From positions 72,019 through 118,810 of the forward strand of contig JACQGC010000005.1 of assembly GCA_016199805.1 (NCBI GenBank): DNA of 46,792 bases, given 5' to 3'. A program made the translations under genes and the position numbers. Numbering within the stretch: the first letter of the stretch is position 1; each line of letters begins with the position of its first letter. The DNA is from Candidatus Nomurabacteria bacterium. GTDB lineage: Bacteria; Patescibacteriota; Minisyncoccia; Phycocordibacterales; UBA9973. Below the pieces are notes generated by a model. The model saw only the letters and a program-made list of their open reading frames with translations. It made no database searches and was not told the origin of the DNA. Positions 1 through 9,362 of this stretch are shown piece by piece.

Positions 1-1043
1 ATAGCCCCGAGGGATCCCGTCTCTTCCCCCACTTGCACCATCTGCACCAAGATTCCCGGAACATGCTCGGGATGTTTTGCAAACGCCGCCGAAAGAGAAA
101 GGCCAGACTTTACGCCATCCGCCACAGTTTTTAAAATTTCTTTGTAAGTCAAAGAACCCACTACATCCGAGGTAATATCTATGGAGCGAACTATGGGCAC
201 GCCGGAAGAAAGCATGGTGTTTAAGTTGTCGGTGATTCTGGAAAGATAAAGCTTTTTATAAAGGTTGCCGACAGCGGGAGTGGACAGGCGTAGATTATCA
301 AGATATATTTTACCTTTCTCGGTGGAGGATAACCTCCAAATCCAAATTCCCACCAAGACCAAGAAAATCAACAGAAAAAATCCGTAATGCACGAACAAAT
401 TTGAAACCCCAATTACAAGCAGAGTGAAAAAGGGCGGCGTCTGACCGGAATCCAAAATGATTGATGAGAGCTTCGGAATGACAATCGTGAACATCAGCGT
501 CATGACCACAAAAAATGTGATTATGACGAAAGCCGGGTAAATGAGGGCATTTCTGGTCTTGGAAGTCAGCGCGTATTGGCGGTCCAAGTAGTCCGCCAGG
601 TGGGCGAAAGTCTGATTGAGTTTTCCCGTTTCTTCACCAACCTTGACCATGTTTACATAAAAATCGGAAAATACATCCGGGTGCTTGGCGAGCGCGCCGG
701 AGATGGAAACTCCTGCTTGTAAGTCATCGCATACCTGTGTCAGCTTCTGCCCCAGGAGTTTGTTTTCTGTGTTGGTCGAGAGCATAGTGAAAGCTTTTAA
801 AGCAGAAACCTGCGCTTCGAATAAAGTGGAAATCTGCCTGGAGAGAATCACGATATCTTTCATTTTTACCTTTTCGAAAAATGAAACTTCAAAAATTGAT
901 TTCTTCTCTCCTTCCTCATTTATGGAAATGACCACCAGTCCCCGCCTCTGAAGCCCACTGATAGCTATATCGCGGTTTGGCGCATCAATTTCTCCTTCTT
1001 TATTTGCTCCCGCATTGTCTATGGCTTTGTATTTGAATAGCAT
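1..1043 (-). CDS. pilC: Type IV pilus platform protein PilC / T2SS F family (3' end runs off the window)
   Basis: Manual translation from ATG 1043 gives MLFKYKAIDNAG...; contains VKVGEETGKL and ALIYPAFVI, typical GspF/PilC motifs; lies downstream of pilT. Confidence 0.92.
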   Translation of the reverse strand, partial: MLFKYKAIDNAGANKEGEIDAPNRDIAISGLQRRGLVVISINEEGEKKSIFEVSFFEKVKMKDIVILSRQISTLFEAQVSALKAFTMLSTNTENKLLGQKLTQVCDDLQAGVSISGALAKHPDVFSDFYVNMVKVGEETGKLNQTFAHLADYLDRQYALTSKTRNALIYPAFVIITFFVVMTLMFTIVIPKLSSIILDSGQTPPFFTLLVIGVSNLFVHYGFFLLIFLVLVGIWIWRLSSTEKGKIYLDNLRLSTPAVGNLYKKLYLSRITDNLNTMLSSGVPIVRSIDITSDVVGSLTYKEILKTVADGVKSGLSLSAAFAKHPEHVPGILVQMVQVGEETGSLGA

Positions 1044-1050
1044 ATATTTT

Positions 1051-1086
1051 AAGCTAGTAGCTGTTAGCTAATTAGCTAATTAGCTT
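1051..1086. repeat. Short tandem (TAGC-core, 7-8 nt unit) array at the pilT/pilC junction
   Basis: agctagtagctgttagctaattagctaattagc. Confidence 0.6.
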
Positions 1087-1090
1087 TTAA

Positions 1091-2149
1091 TCATATCAGA
1101 CGTTCGAGTCCTTTAGGGTTTAACGAGTACTGATAAGCGTTTTCGATGGAAATTTCTCCAGCGCGCACCAGCTCTATGAGCGAGTGGTTCAAATCCATCA
1201 TTCCGGATTCCGACCCGGTTTCTATGACCACATCTATCTCGTGAGTGCGTTTTTCGCGAATTAAATTGGCCACGGCATTGTTGTTCAAGAGGAGTTCGTA
1301 AGCCGGAACGAGTCCGCCGGTAATTCTCGGAATAAGTCTTTGAGAAAATATACCCAGGAGTGACGCGGCCAGCTGTGAGCGTATCTGGTCCTGCTGAGTA
1401 CCCGGGAAAGAATCGATTATGCGGTCTATGGTCTGAGAAGCATTGTTCGTGTGCAGGGTCGAGAGCACCAAGTGCCCCGTCTCGGCAGCAGTCACTGCCG
1501 TGGAGATAGTTTCCGGTGTGCGCATTTCTCCTATCATTATCACGTTTACATCTTCACGAAAAACTTCTTTCAAGGCTGTGGGAAAATCTTTGGTATCAAT
1601 TCCGACTTCACGTTGGCTGATGATGGATTTGTTCGGTATATACACGTGCTCGATTGGGTCTTCGATGGTGATGATGGCGCGGGCTTGTTCGTTGTTTATC
1701 AAATCAATCATGGCTGAAAGAGTTGTCGATTTACCTTGTCCGACGGGACCCACCACCAAGAAAAATCCTTGTTTCTTGCGGGCTAGGTCGGCAATGACGG
1801 GCGGCAATCGAAGCTCGGCAATTGTCTTTACTTTTGGAACCAAACGGAAAACCATACTAATCAATCCTTTTTGGAAAAATGCATTTCCGCGCAGTCTGGC
1901 CTCCCCTCTGAAATCATAAGAGAAATCTGCTTCTTGCTCTTCTTTAAATTTTTCAACTTTTGTTTTTTCCAATATTTCACCCAAAAATCCGAGCATGTCC
2001 CCTTCAGTCAAAACTGGGTGTTTAGCCAGAAAGATAAGTTCGCCGGAAACACGAATAGCCGGCACCCGCCCAGCACCCAAATGCAGGTCCGAACCATTTT
2101 CGTGGATAACTGTTAAAATTAAATCTTCAAGTTCTTTTTTATAGTCCAT
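1091..2149 (-). CDS. pilT: Type IV pilus retraction ATPase PilT
   Basis: Walker A GPVGQGKST, TIEDPIE, IGEMR, AETGHLVLSTLHT. Confidence 0.95.
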   Translation of the reverse strand: MDYKKELEDLILTVIHENGSDLHLGAGRVPAIRVSGELIFLAKHPVLTEGDMLGFLGEILEKTKVEKFKEEQEADFSYDFRGEARLRGNAFFQKGLISMVFRLVPKVKTIAELRLPPVIADLARKKQGFFLVVGPVGQGKSTTLSAMIDLINNEQARAIITIEDPIEHVYIPNKSIISQREVGIDTKDFPTALKEVFREDVNVIMIGEMRTPETISTAVTAAETGHLVLSTLHTNNASQTIDRIIDSFPGTQQDQIRSQLAASLLGIFSQRLIPRITGGLVPAYELLLNNNAVANLIREKRTHEIDVVIETGSESGMMDLNHSLIELVRAGEISIENAYQYSLNPKGLERLI

Positions 2150-2151
2150 CG

Positions 2152-2189
2152 TAAGTTATAAAGTTAAAAGTTATAAAGTTTGTAAAGTA
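2152..2189. repeat. AAAGTTAT-type tandem array
   Basis: taagttataaagttaaaagttataaagtttgtaaagt. Confidence 0.75.
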
Positions 2190-2201
2190 AATTGAAAAAC
2201 A

Positions 2202-2600
2202 TTATTTAGGGGTGACCTTATTTGCTAAGATTTTTGCCACTTGCTCGATGACTTCAGCCGGAGTGGAATTCGCTTTTACTATATATCCGGCTACCCCCAA
2301 TGTCTTACCTTTATCAATATCTTTTTGTTCGCTTTTATTTGATAAAACTATTTTTAAGCAGTTGGTACACAATTTTTGTGTATTTATTTTCTCCAACATT
2401 TCAAAACCATCCATCTCCGGCATAATGATATCCATCAACAACACTTCCGGGTTTAACCCACCTTTCATTTTTTCAATGGCCTGCGCGCCGCCCTCTGCCG
2501 TATAAACTTCAAAATTATTCTGGCTAAACTTTAGCGCGTACATATCCAAAAGAAAATTGTCATCATCTACTATTAATATTTTTCTTTTTTTTCCTTCCAT
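2202..2600 (-). CDS. Single-domain response regulator (CheY-like receiver)
   Basis: ILIVDDD, LLMDIIMPEMDG (phospho-Asp), YIVK. Confidence 0.92.
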   Translation of the reverse strand: MEGKKRKILIVDDDNFLLDMYALKFSQNNFEVYTAEGGAQAIEKMKGGLNPEVLLMDIIMPEMDGFEMLEKINTQKLCTNCLKIVLSNKSEQKDIDKGKTLGVAGYIVKANSTPAEVIEQVAKILANKVTPK

Positions 2601-2616
2601 ATGATTATACTATATT

Positions 2617-4365
2617 TTAGTCGTTTTCATTATTAAAGTTATACACTTCGGTAAAAGGAATGATGCCCTCGATGGATTTCAACATCGCGTCTTCTTTCAT
2701 CATCAGCATCCCTTTTCGGCGAGCCACTTCGTAGATGGCGCCATTGGTGGGATTTTTGAGTATCACTGCTTGTATTTCTTTATCAATTTTAAACATTTCA
2801 AAAACCGCAATACGACCACGGGTACCGGATGGGCAATCTCCAGAAGGAACGGTCTCATACATTTCGCTCTTAAAAGTGATATCTTTTTTAAATTCCTCCG
2901 GTAAGTCTTTCATTTGCTCTTCTATTTGCATTTTGATACTTGGGTCCATAGGCACCAGCTTGCGTGAAGACGGGCAAGTCAGCCGGGCTAGACGTTGAGC
3001 GATAGAAACTATCAATGTCGGCGCAATCAAATACGGGTCCACGCCCATGTCCACCAAGCGCGGAATCGCGCCGATAGCGGAGTTGGTATGCAGAGTAGAC
3101 AGTACCAAGTGACCCGTGAGTGCGGCCTGGATGGCTAGCTGAGCTGTTTCCTTGTCGCGAATTTCTCCGACCATTATTATGTCGGGGTCCTGGCGGAGAA
3201 TAGAGCGGAGCCCGGAAGCAAAGGTATAACCAATCTCCGGCATCATTTGCGACTGGTTGATGTCCGGCATGTGGTATTCTACCGGGTCTTCCAGAGACAC
3301 GATGTTGCTCTTTTCTTTATCGAGAGCGTTCATCATCGAATACAAAGTGGTGGATTTTCCGGACCCCGTCGGGCCGGTAATCAAGATGAGTCCGTAAGGC
3401 CTCTTGATAGCTTCCTCAACGATACTCAAATTTGTTTTGGACAAGCCCAACTGGTCGAGAGGTTTTACTCCTTTTTCCGAATCCAAAATACGCATAACAA
3501 CTTTCTCTCCATAGTATGCCGGCATGGTGGAGACACGAAAATCTATTTTGCGTCCGTCTATATTTGCACTAAAGGATCCATCTTGCGGTTTACGCTTTTC
3601 ATCCAAACGCAATTTAGACAAAATTTTTATGCGCGCCACAATTCCGCTGTAGACATTTGGCGGCAAGACTATCGAAGTATGAAGTGTGCCATCCACGCGA
3701 AAACGCACCTTGACCTTTTCCCCAGTGTATTCTATGTGTATATCCGAAGCCACTCCTTCGATGGCGTTGCGCAGTATCACCGCTACTATTTTTATTACCG
3801 GCGCGTCTTCTATAATTTTTGATTCAACTCCTGATTTTATATTTCCTATTTCTTTGCTCAAATTTTCCTCGCTTACACCTTTTACTTCTGCCATTTCATC
3901 CTGTCCGAGCTCGGTCAGAGCTTCTTCGACTTGACTACCCATACCTCGGTAAGCCTCCATTATGGTTTCGTAATTGCTTTTGGAGATTAAAAAAACCTTA
4001 AAAGGAATACCTATTTTATTTGAAATAAATTGTAACGCATCCATGGCCTCCATGTTTTCTGGGTTGGTTATTCCCACCTCCAGCACTCCGTCTTTCAGTT
4101 CGATAGGCACAAAATGGTAGTGGGTAGCCGAATCTTCAGATATATATTTGAGCGTATTAAAGGACATTTGTTCTGAATTTACATTTCTTATAGGCAAATT
4201 CAAATACTCTCCTTTTATTTCAAGAATTTTTTCTTCCGGAACACCGGATTTAATCAGAGCCTCGTCGATATCTCCGCTAAATTCTTCGTTAGCGCGATTT
4301 TTTATTTCACCAATTTGGCTCCCCTCGATGACTCCTTTTTTAGCTAATTCTTCTAAAAAACTCAT
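2617..4365 (-). CDS. pilB: Type IV pilus assembly ATPase PilB/GspE
   Basis: ASDIHIE, GPTGSGKSTT, LRQDPDIIMVGEIRD, ALTGHLVLSTLHTN. Confidence 0.95.
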   Translation of the reverse strand: MSFLEELAKKGVIEGSQIGEIKNRANEEFSGDIDEALIKSGVPEEKILEIKGEYLNLPIRNVNSEQMSFNTLKYISEDSATHYHFVPIELKDGVLEVGITNPENMEAMDALQFISNKIGIPFKVFLISKSNYETIMEAYRGMGSQVEEALTELGQDEMAEVKGVSEENLSKEIGNIKSGVESKIIEDAPVIKIVAVILRNAIEGVASDIHIEYTGEKVKVRFRVDGTLHTSIVLPPNVYSGIVARIKILSKLRLDEKRKPQDGSFSANIDGRKIDFRVSTMPAYYGEKVVMRILDSEKGVKPLDQLGLSKTNLSIVEEAIKRPYGLILITGPTGSGKSTTLYSMMNALDKEKSNIVSLEDPVEYHMPDINQSQMMPEIGYTFASGLRSILRQDPDIIMVGEIRDKETAQLAIQAALTGHLVLSTLHTNSAIGAIPRLVDMGVDPYLIAPTLIVSIAQRLARLTCPSSRKLVPMDPSIKMQIEEQMKDLPEEFKKDITFKSEMYETVPSGDCPSGTRGRIAVFEMFKIDKEIQAVILKNPTNGAIYEVARRKGMLMMKEDAMLKSIEGIIPFTEVYNFNNEND

Positions 4366-4382
4366 AATTTAATTTAACCTAC

Positions 4383-4775
4383 CTAGGGTTTAATGGGAGG
4401 AGGGGTTGTTGGAATAACCGCAGGAACAGAAACTGCATCGTTGCCAAATTGCGCGAATGGGTTTGGCCGGCCGGTTGTCGCATCGGGTACGAGGGTGATG
4501 CTCGAATCATGCAAGCTCCCGAATGCCGGGTCGGCAAATATGGAATCGTCCAGTTTTATATGTTTGACATTCAGCAACAGTGTCAAGAAATCCTGGGTAA
4601 CTAAAGTAGTCCCGTTCGGGATGTTTGCCCCAGAATTGCCGGTATCACTGGTGGCAGGAGCGGATGATACCAGATTGGCTTGGTCGCTCGAGGAGGGTTT
4701 GAAGAAAAAGACGTAAATCAAAACGAGCGCCACCGCTATCGCTGCAAATATTATTATGTTTCGGATTTTAGGCAT
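4383..4775 (-). CDS. Membrane-anchored pilus accessory protein, PilP-like position
   Basis: N-terminal TM helix, GRPNPF motif, located after pilO. Confidence 0.55.
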   Translation of the reverse strand: MPKIRNIIIFAAIAVALVLIYVFFFKPSSSDQANLVSSAPATSDTGNSGANIPNGTTLVTQDFLTLLLNVKHIKLDDSIFADPAFGSLHDSSITLVPDATTGRPNPFAQFGNDAVSVPAVIPTTPPPIKP

Positions 4776-4776
4776 T

Positions 4777-5376
4777 TTAATTTTTTAAATAATAAGTTTT
4801 AATTTTAAAGTCGTATGTATAAACCTCCGAGGAAGGAGTCTTTACGTTTGCATTACCAGCTGCGTTCGTATCGGAGGCAAATGAAATCGACGATATGTCC
4901 ACGATTCGGAGATTGCTTTCCAGGTCTTTGGTAAAATTTATGAAATTGTTATAACTTCCCGTCGTAGAAAATTCCAAATCAAAAATCCCATAATCTCCGG
5001 AAGTTACTTGGCCTGCACCGCCACTGACCACACTGGGCGTAGAAGCTACGGGGTTTGTAGTATTATATTTCACGTCTTTTAGAATCATGCCGTAAGGTCC
5101 GGCTATTTGTTCTATCTCTAAAATCAAACGTATGTTGTCGACATTGTCGGGCAAGAGTTTTTGAATTTTTACCAGGTTGTCAGGGTTGATAGCGTTTTCT
5201 TTGGCAGTCAGAGAGTCTCTGGCATTTTCCAGAGCTTTGGAATTGTCCAAGGCTTCGTTGTAAGAGGTCACTGTTTCTTTGAGCGTACCGATATCGCTAT
5301 AAATTGGATTGGTAAACATGAAAAAGAGCGCAATGGCAATCAGTATTAAAATGGCCGGCATTATAAATCTTGTCAT
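4777..5376 (-). CDS. pilO: Type IV pilus protein PilO
   Basis: TM helix plus coiled coil, LLPD, GSYNNFINFTKDLESNLRIVDI; synteny. Confidence 0.8.
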   Translation of the reverse strand: MTRFIMPAILILIAIALFFMFTNPIYSDIGTLKETVTSYNEALDNSKALENARDSLTAKENAINPDNLVKIQKLLPDNVDNIRLILEIEQIAGPYGMILKDVKYNTTNPVASTPSVVSGGAGQVTSGDYGIFDLEFSTTGSYNNFINFTKDLESNLRIVDISSISFASDTNAAGNANVKTPSSEVYTYDFKIKTYYLKN

Positions 5377-5380
5377 AAAA

Positions 5381-5983
5381 TTAATTATGCGCTTGCGTTA
5401 AAAGATTTTGTTTATAATTCACAAAATTCGGATTGACCGAAAAATCCAAGTCAAAAAGAACATTGCCGGTGTTGTCTAATGTCAGGTCGGAGAAAATCGG
5501 GTCAATGATATTTTTGTTCTGAGTAAACAAGTCGGACTGCAGCGCTATCGAACGATAACCGACCGCGAGCCCTGACATCTTTACTTCCACCATAGAATTG
5601 GAACTCTCGCCCACAGTATAGCTAAACTTGGTATAGCGCACACTTCTCATGGTCAGGTCGGCAAGAGCGGTGAAAATCGGGGTAACGGTAATGTGTTTGG
5701 ATAAAATTTCAGTCGAGGCAGAGAGGCGTTTGTCTAAAACCTGAAGCTCGGTTATCTTTGCCGGCTCAAAGCGGTTTTTGGCTAAAGTCAAAGTCTTTTC
5801 CATGTCGGAAATATTTTTCCCGACAATACCTTTGTAGAAAAAAAGTCCGATGGTAGCGACAATCACCGTAACCAAAACAAAAAGTGAGGTGATAAGAAAA
5901 ATACCGACAGGCCGCGGAGATATAGCGCGTTCGTCCACGATGGGTTTTTTGGGTATAAATGATGTTTGAAAGTTTGGTTCCAT
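5381..5983 (-). CDS. pilN: PilN-like protein
   Basis: Short cytoplasmic N-terminus, single TM helix, coiled coil; between pilM and pilO. Confidence 0.7.
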   Translation of the reverse strand: MEPNFQTSFIPKKPIVDERAISPRPVGIFLITSLFVLVTVIVATIGLFFYKGIVGKNISDMEKTLTLAKNRFEPAKITELQVLDKRLSASTEILSKHITVTPIFTALADLTMRSVRYTKFSYTVGESSNSMVEVKMSGLAVGYRSIALQSDLFTQNKNIIDPIFSDLTLDNTGNVLFDLDFSVNPNFVNYKQNLLTQAHN

Positions 5984-6046
5984 TCTATTCCCCTATTATA
6001 TTACAAAAACAACTTTTAAAGAAGCAAATTGTGCATAACTTTAATG

Positions 6047-7186
6047 TTACTGCAACTTTCGCATCGCCAGGCCCAGAGCTACGGCGAATTCGGGCCCCAT
6101 TGTTTCCAAAACTTTGTCCAAAAATGCCGGCGCTTCGACTTTACTAAAAGGATGGCCCATCTCTACCTCGGCTTTGAAATTATTTATAGCCACTTCTTTT
6201 AGACCCTTGAGCAGTGCTCCCCCTCCGGTAAATATTATCTTGCTGACGGTTCGGTCGTATTTTTTTTCATACCCCAAAAGCACGCTGTTGGTTTCCGAAA
6301 AAATATAATCGATGTGGACTTTTACTATGTCGGCCAGACTTTTTTCAGTAGGGCTTCCAAAAAATCCGAATTCTTTTTTCATCTTTTCCGCTTCACTAAA
6401 AGGAATACTCAAAGACTTGGAAATGGAGTTGGTGATGTCCGCTCCTCCGCGGTCTATGGTGTGATAGCTTTTAATCATGCCGAACTCGACGATGGAAAGC
6501 TTGGTGCGGGAAGCGCCGAAATCCATCAGCAATACCGGAGAAAGTTCGTGTTCAAAGTTTGAGCGGATAGAGGAAAATATTTCAATTTCAAAAAAAGATG
6601 AGGTAAGCCCGCCTTCGGAGACTATCGAACGGTATTTGGCTACGGCATCATTTTGAGTGGCCACCACCAACACATTCATTTTTTCTCCGTCGTTCTTGGA
6701 TAAATCTTCGTTGCTTAAACTATTATTTGCTTCAGTAAAAGACGACTCCTTTTTTGGTAAAATGAAATAATCAATTGACACTTCATCTATGGGAACCGGA
6801 ATATATTTTCTGGCTTCAGTCGGAACAATGGAGGCTATCTGGGATTCTCCCAGTTGGGCTGGAAGTTCAATGGAAAAAATCAAACTTGATTGGATGGGAA
6901 TAGACATGGACAGAGAGGTAGAGGTTACCCCGGATTGTTTCAAAACTTCCTTTAAGGCTAGAGCTATTTTTTCGACGGGAAGGTTGGTGACAGACCCTGC
7001 TTCTGCGTCACCATACGGACCGAGGGCTATCGCTCCGTATGTTTCCAATACGGCCTTGCCCCCCTTCCGTCTTATTTCCACCACCTTTATCGCGCTAGAG
7101 CCAATGTCAACACCGATGGCGGAATCTCCACTTCCGCCCTTATTCATACTAAAACCGGAAATAAGTTTTGTTAAAAAATTGCTCAT
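6047..7186 (-). CDS. pilM: Type IV pilus assembly protein PilM (actin-like)
   Basis: IGVDIGSSAIK, MDFGASRT, TGGGALLKGL, AVALGLAMR. Confidence 0.93.
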   Translation of the reverse strand: MSNFLTKLISGFSMNKGGSGDSAIGVDIGSSAIKVVEIRRKGGKAVLETYGAIALGPYGDAEAGSVTNLPVEKIALALKEVLKQSGVTSTSLSMSIPIQSSLIFSIELPAQLGESQIASIVPTEARKYIPVPIDEVSIDYFILPKKESSFTEANNSLSNEDLSKNDGEKMNVLVVATQNDAVAKYRSIVSEGGLTSSFFEIEIFSSIRSNFEHELSPVLLMDFGASRTKLSIVEFGMIKSYHTIDRGGADITNSISKSLSIPFSEAEKMKKEFGFFGSPTEKSLADIVKVHIDYIFSETNSVLLGYEKKYDRTVSKIIFTGGGALLKGLKEVAINNFKAEVEMGHPFSKVEAPAFLDKVLETMGPEFAVALGLAMRKLQ

Positions 7187-7215
7187 TATTTTATGCTAAT
7201 ATTATATCATAAACG

Positions 7216-7908
7216 ATGTTTTTAAACACTATATTAAATCGGGCTTTAAATATTGTTTTCCCCGTAAAATGCGTCTCTTGCGGAAAAAGCGGCACGGATT
7301 TGTGTTTGGACTGCCTATCACGCACTCCACCCGCCGAACGTGAAAATGCGAATTGGATTTTTTCTTTATATGACTACCGACACCCGCCCACCAAAAAGGC
7401 GCTGTGGTTGCTAAAGTATAAAGGTAAAAAAAGATTGGCTAAGATTTTTGCCGAAATTGTTCACGGCAGAATTCTGGAAGAACTTTCCGACCTGTCCGTA
7501 CTCCAAAATTTTAACAACGTTATTTTGATTCCGGTTCCCCTCTCCTCCAAAAGATATCGCGAGCGCGGATACAACCAGGCGCAACTTATTTGTGAAGAAA
7601 TAATTCACCTCACCCCTGGCCCCTCTCCTTATAAAGGAGAGGGGTGCCCAATACTTACCCTAGCAACTAATATTTTAATCAAACCAAAAGAAACAGAACA
7701 CCAGGCACGCATCAAAGACCGACGCACCAGGTTAAAAAATATAATCGGTTCGTTTGCTGTAAAAGATTCAGAGAAAAATAAAATAAAAAACAGAAATATA
7801 ATTCTGATAGACGACATCACCACCACCGGGGCTACATTGACGGAAGCCAGAAAAGTTTTGAAACAAGCCGGGGCGCGAAAAGTAATTGCTTTCACGATAG
7901 CACACTAA
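7216..7908 (+). CDS. comF: ComF family protein (phosphoribosyltransferase fold) with in-frame palindrome insert
   Basis: CxxC..CxxC, PVPL..RGYNQA, LIDDITTTGATL. Confidence 0.92.
   Translation: MFLNTILNRALNIVFPVKCVSCGKSGTDLCLDCLSRTPPAERENANWIFSLYDYRHPPTKKALWLLKYKGKKRLAKIFAEIVHGRILEELSDLSVLQNFNNVILIPVPLSSKRYRERGYNQAQLICEEIIHLTPGPSPYKGEGCPILTLATNILIKPKETEHQARIKDRRTRLKNIIGSFAVKDSEKNKIKNRNIILIDDITTTGATLTEARKVLKQAGARKVIAFTIAH
7608..7646. repeat. GC-rich REP-like palindrome inside comF
   Basis: cctcacccctggCCCCTCTCCTTtataAAGGAGAGGGGtg-type hairpin; translated as LTPGPSPYKGEG. Confidence 0.75.
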
Positions 7909-7944
7909 GACGCATTAGAATTTATTTTTTGTTATAATAAAATT

Positions 7945-8505
7945 ATGGTTCAGTTGCTGCTCACATATAGATATATCATTCTTATTCCACTGGCTATTAT
8001 TGAAGGGCCCATTACTTCCGTGGTGGCCGGTTTTATGTCTACCAGTGGAATTTTCAATCTGCTGATTGTTTTCCCGATTATGGTTTTGGGAGACATGATT
8101 GGGGACAGTATTTTTTACGGTCTTGGCCGGTTTGGCAGTGGCATATTGCATAGACACGGGCACCGCATCGGAGCCACACCCGAGAGACTGGCTGAAGCAA
8201 AAGTTTATTTTGGTAACAATCATCACAAAGCCTTGATTATGTCGAAACTTATTCACGGCATAGGATTAAGCGGGCTGATAGTCGCCGGTAGTCTGAAAAT
8301 CCCCTACTCTCGCTACATAAAAACCTGCACATTCATAGCCATTGGTCAGTCTGTAATATTTTTGACCTTAGGAGTATTTTTTGGAAGCACTTTTGCAGTC
8401 ATTGGAAAATATTTAGATTATTACGCCGCAGGAGCGAGCGTGCTGGCTTTGTTTGTGATATTACTGATAGTTTTTAACAAATATAAAAATAGAAAAAAAT
8501 TGTAA
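7945..8505 (+). CDS. DedA/VTT family membrane protein
   Basis: IEGP, GDMIGDSIFYGLGR, AGSLKIPY; hydrophobic. Confidence 0.85.
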   Translation: MVQLLLTYRYIILIPLAIIEGPITSVVAGFMSTSGIFNLLIVFPIMVLGDMIGDSIFYGLGRFGSGILHRHGHRIGATPERLAEAKVYFGNNHHKALIMSKLIHGIGLSGLIVAGSLKIPYSRYIKTCTFIAIGQSVIFLTLGVFFGSTFAVIGKYLDYYAAGASVLALFVILLIVFNKYKNRKKL

Positions 8506-8601
8506 CCCTCCCCTCCTTGATTAAGGAGGGGTTAGGGGTGGTAATTCAAAAAATCACCACCTCGCCTCGAAAGGCACTCCTCCTCCGAAAGGAGGAGAGG
8601 G
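8506..8601. repeat. Composite REP-like palindromes (two units, opposite orientation)
   Basis: cccctccttgattaaggagggg-ttaggggtggt and accacctcgcctcgaaaggcactcctcctccgaaaggaggagagg. Confidence 0.8.
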
Positions 8602-8611
8602 TACAGAAACA

Positions 8612-8701
8612 AAAACACTCAACGAGTGCATCGTTGAGTGCGAGGACTGATGCGATATTGCACCAGTCCGAGATATTTTACTGAAAGTCCGCAGCCTTCA
8701 G
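8612..8701 (-). terminator. Three consecutive hairpins ending in an intrinsic terminator
   Basis: Minus strand: CTGAAGG..CTTTCAG; GGACTGGTGC..GCATCAGTCC; CACTCAACGA..TCGTTGAGTG followed by TTTTTG. Confidence 0.65.
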
Positions 8702-9256
8702 CTAGCTGTATTGCTTCTTAGTCTTGATGGCGTTGATGTACGTCCCAAGACTGTGGTAATTACGCTGGTCGAGTCGGTAGGTCGCAGCGTCGTAAATAAC
8801 AAACACGAGCCACACCAGAAACAGGCAACCCGTGGCCGTTATCTCGACCTTCGTGCCCTTCCCCCACACAACAGGCAGAAGAGTTACGAGACAGTAGGCC
8901 AAAAGCGGAGCGATGAATAAGTGGTGATACTTGTCCGCCCATTGCCGAGGGCGATCTTGCCGCCACCATGATACGCCGAAGCAAATACTCAGGGTGGCGA
9001 CAACGAAGTGAAACCTCTCATCCTGAACCCACGCCGGTACAGCATGGACGCGCTGCAATATGCCAGCGGCCATGAGAACAATCACGATGAGAGCACCGTC
9101 GCCTATCACCGCCGAGTACGAGGTGTTGTAATACAACCCTTCACACCGGTCGCGCAGAACGAACAGGACCCCCATCGTCAACACATAAAGAAGGAGCGCC
9201 GTCACCCAAATAGGTAGCGTCGCCAAAACGTAGTAGCTTCCGTATAGTTGTTGCAT
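8702..9256 (-). CDS. Hypothetical polytopic membrane protein (GC-rich orphan)
   Basis: Multiple hydrophobic segments; AAGGAG Shine-Dalgarno before ATG 9256 (MQQLYG). Confidence 0.7.
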   Translation of the reverse strand: MQQLYGSYYVLATLPIWVTALLLYVLTMGVLFVLRDRCEGLYYNTSYSAVIGDGALIVIVLMAAGILQRVHAVPAWVQDERFHFVVATLSICFGVSWWRQDRPRQWADKYHHLFIAPLLAYCLVTLLPVVWGKGTKVEITATGCLFLVWLVFVIYDAATYRLDQRNYHSLGTYINAIKTKKQYS

Positions 9257-9362
9257 AAAACTCCTTTTACAAATAACAACGAGTACCCATTTAGTATAGC
9301 ACAAAACAGCATTTTGTCAACCCTATTTTAAATATTGTAACGCTGTATAATGCCTTTTATAG

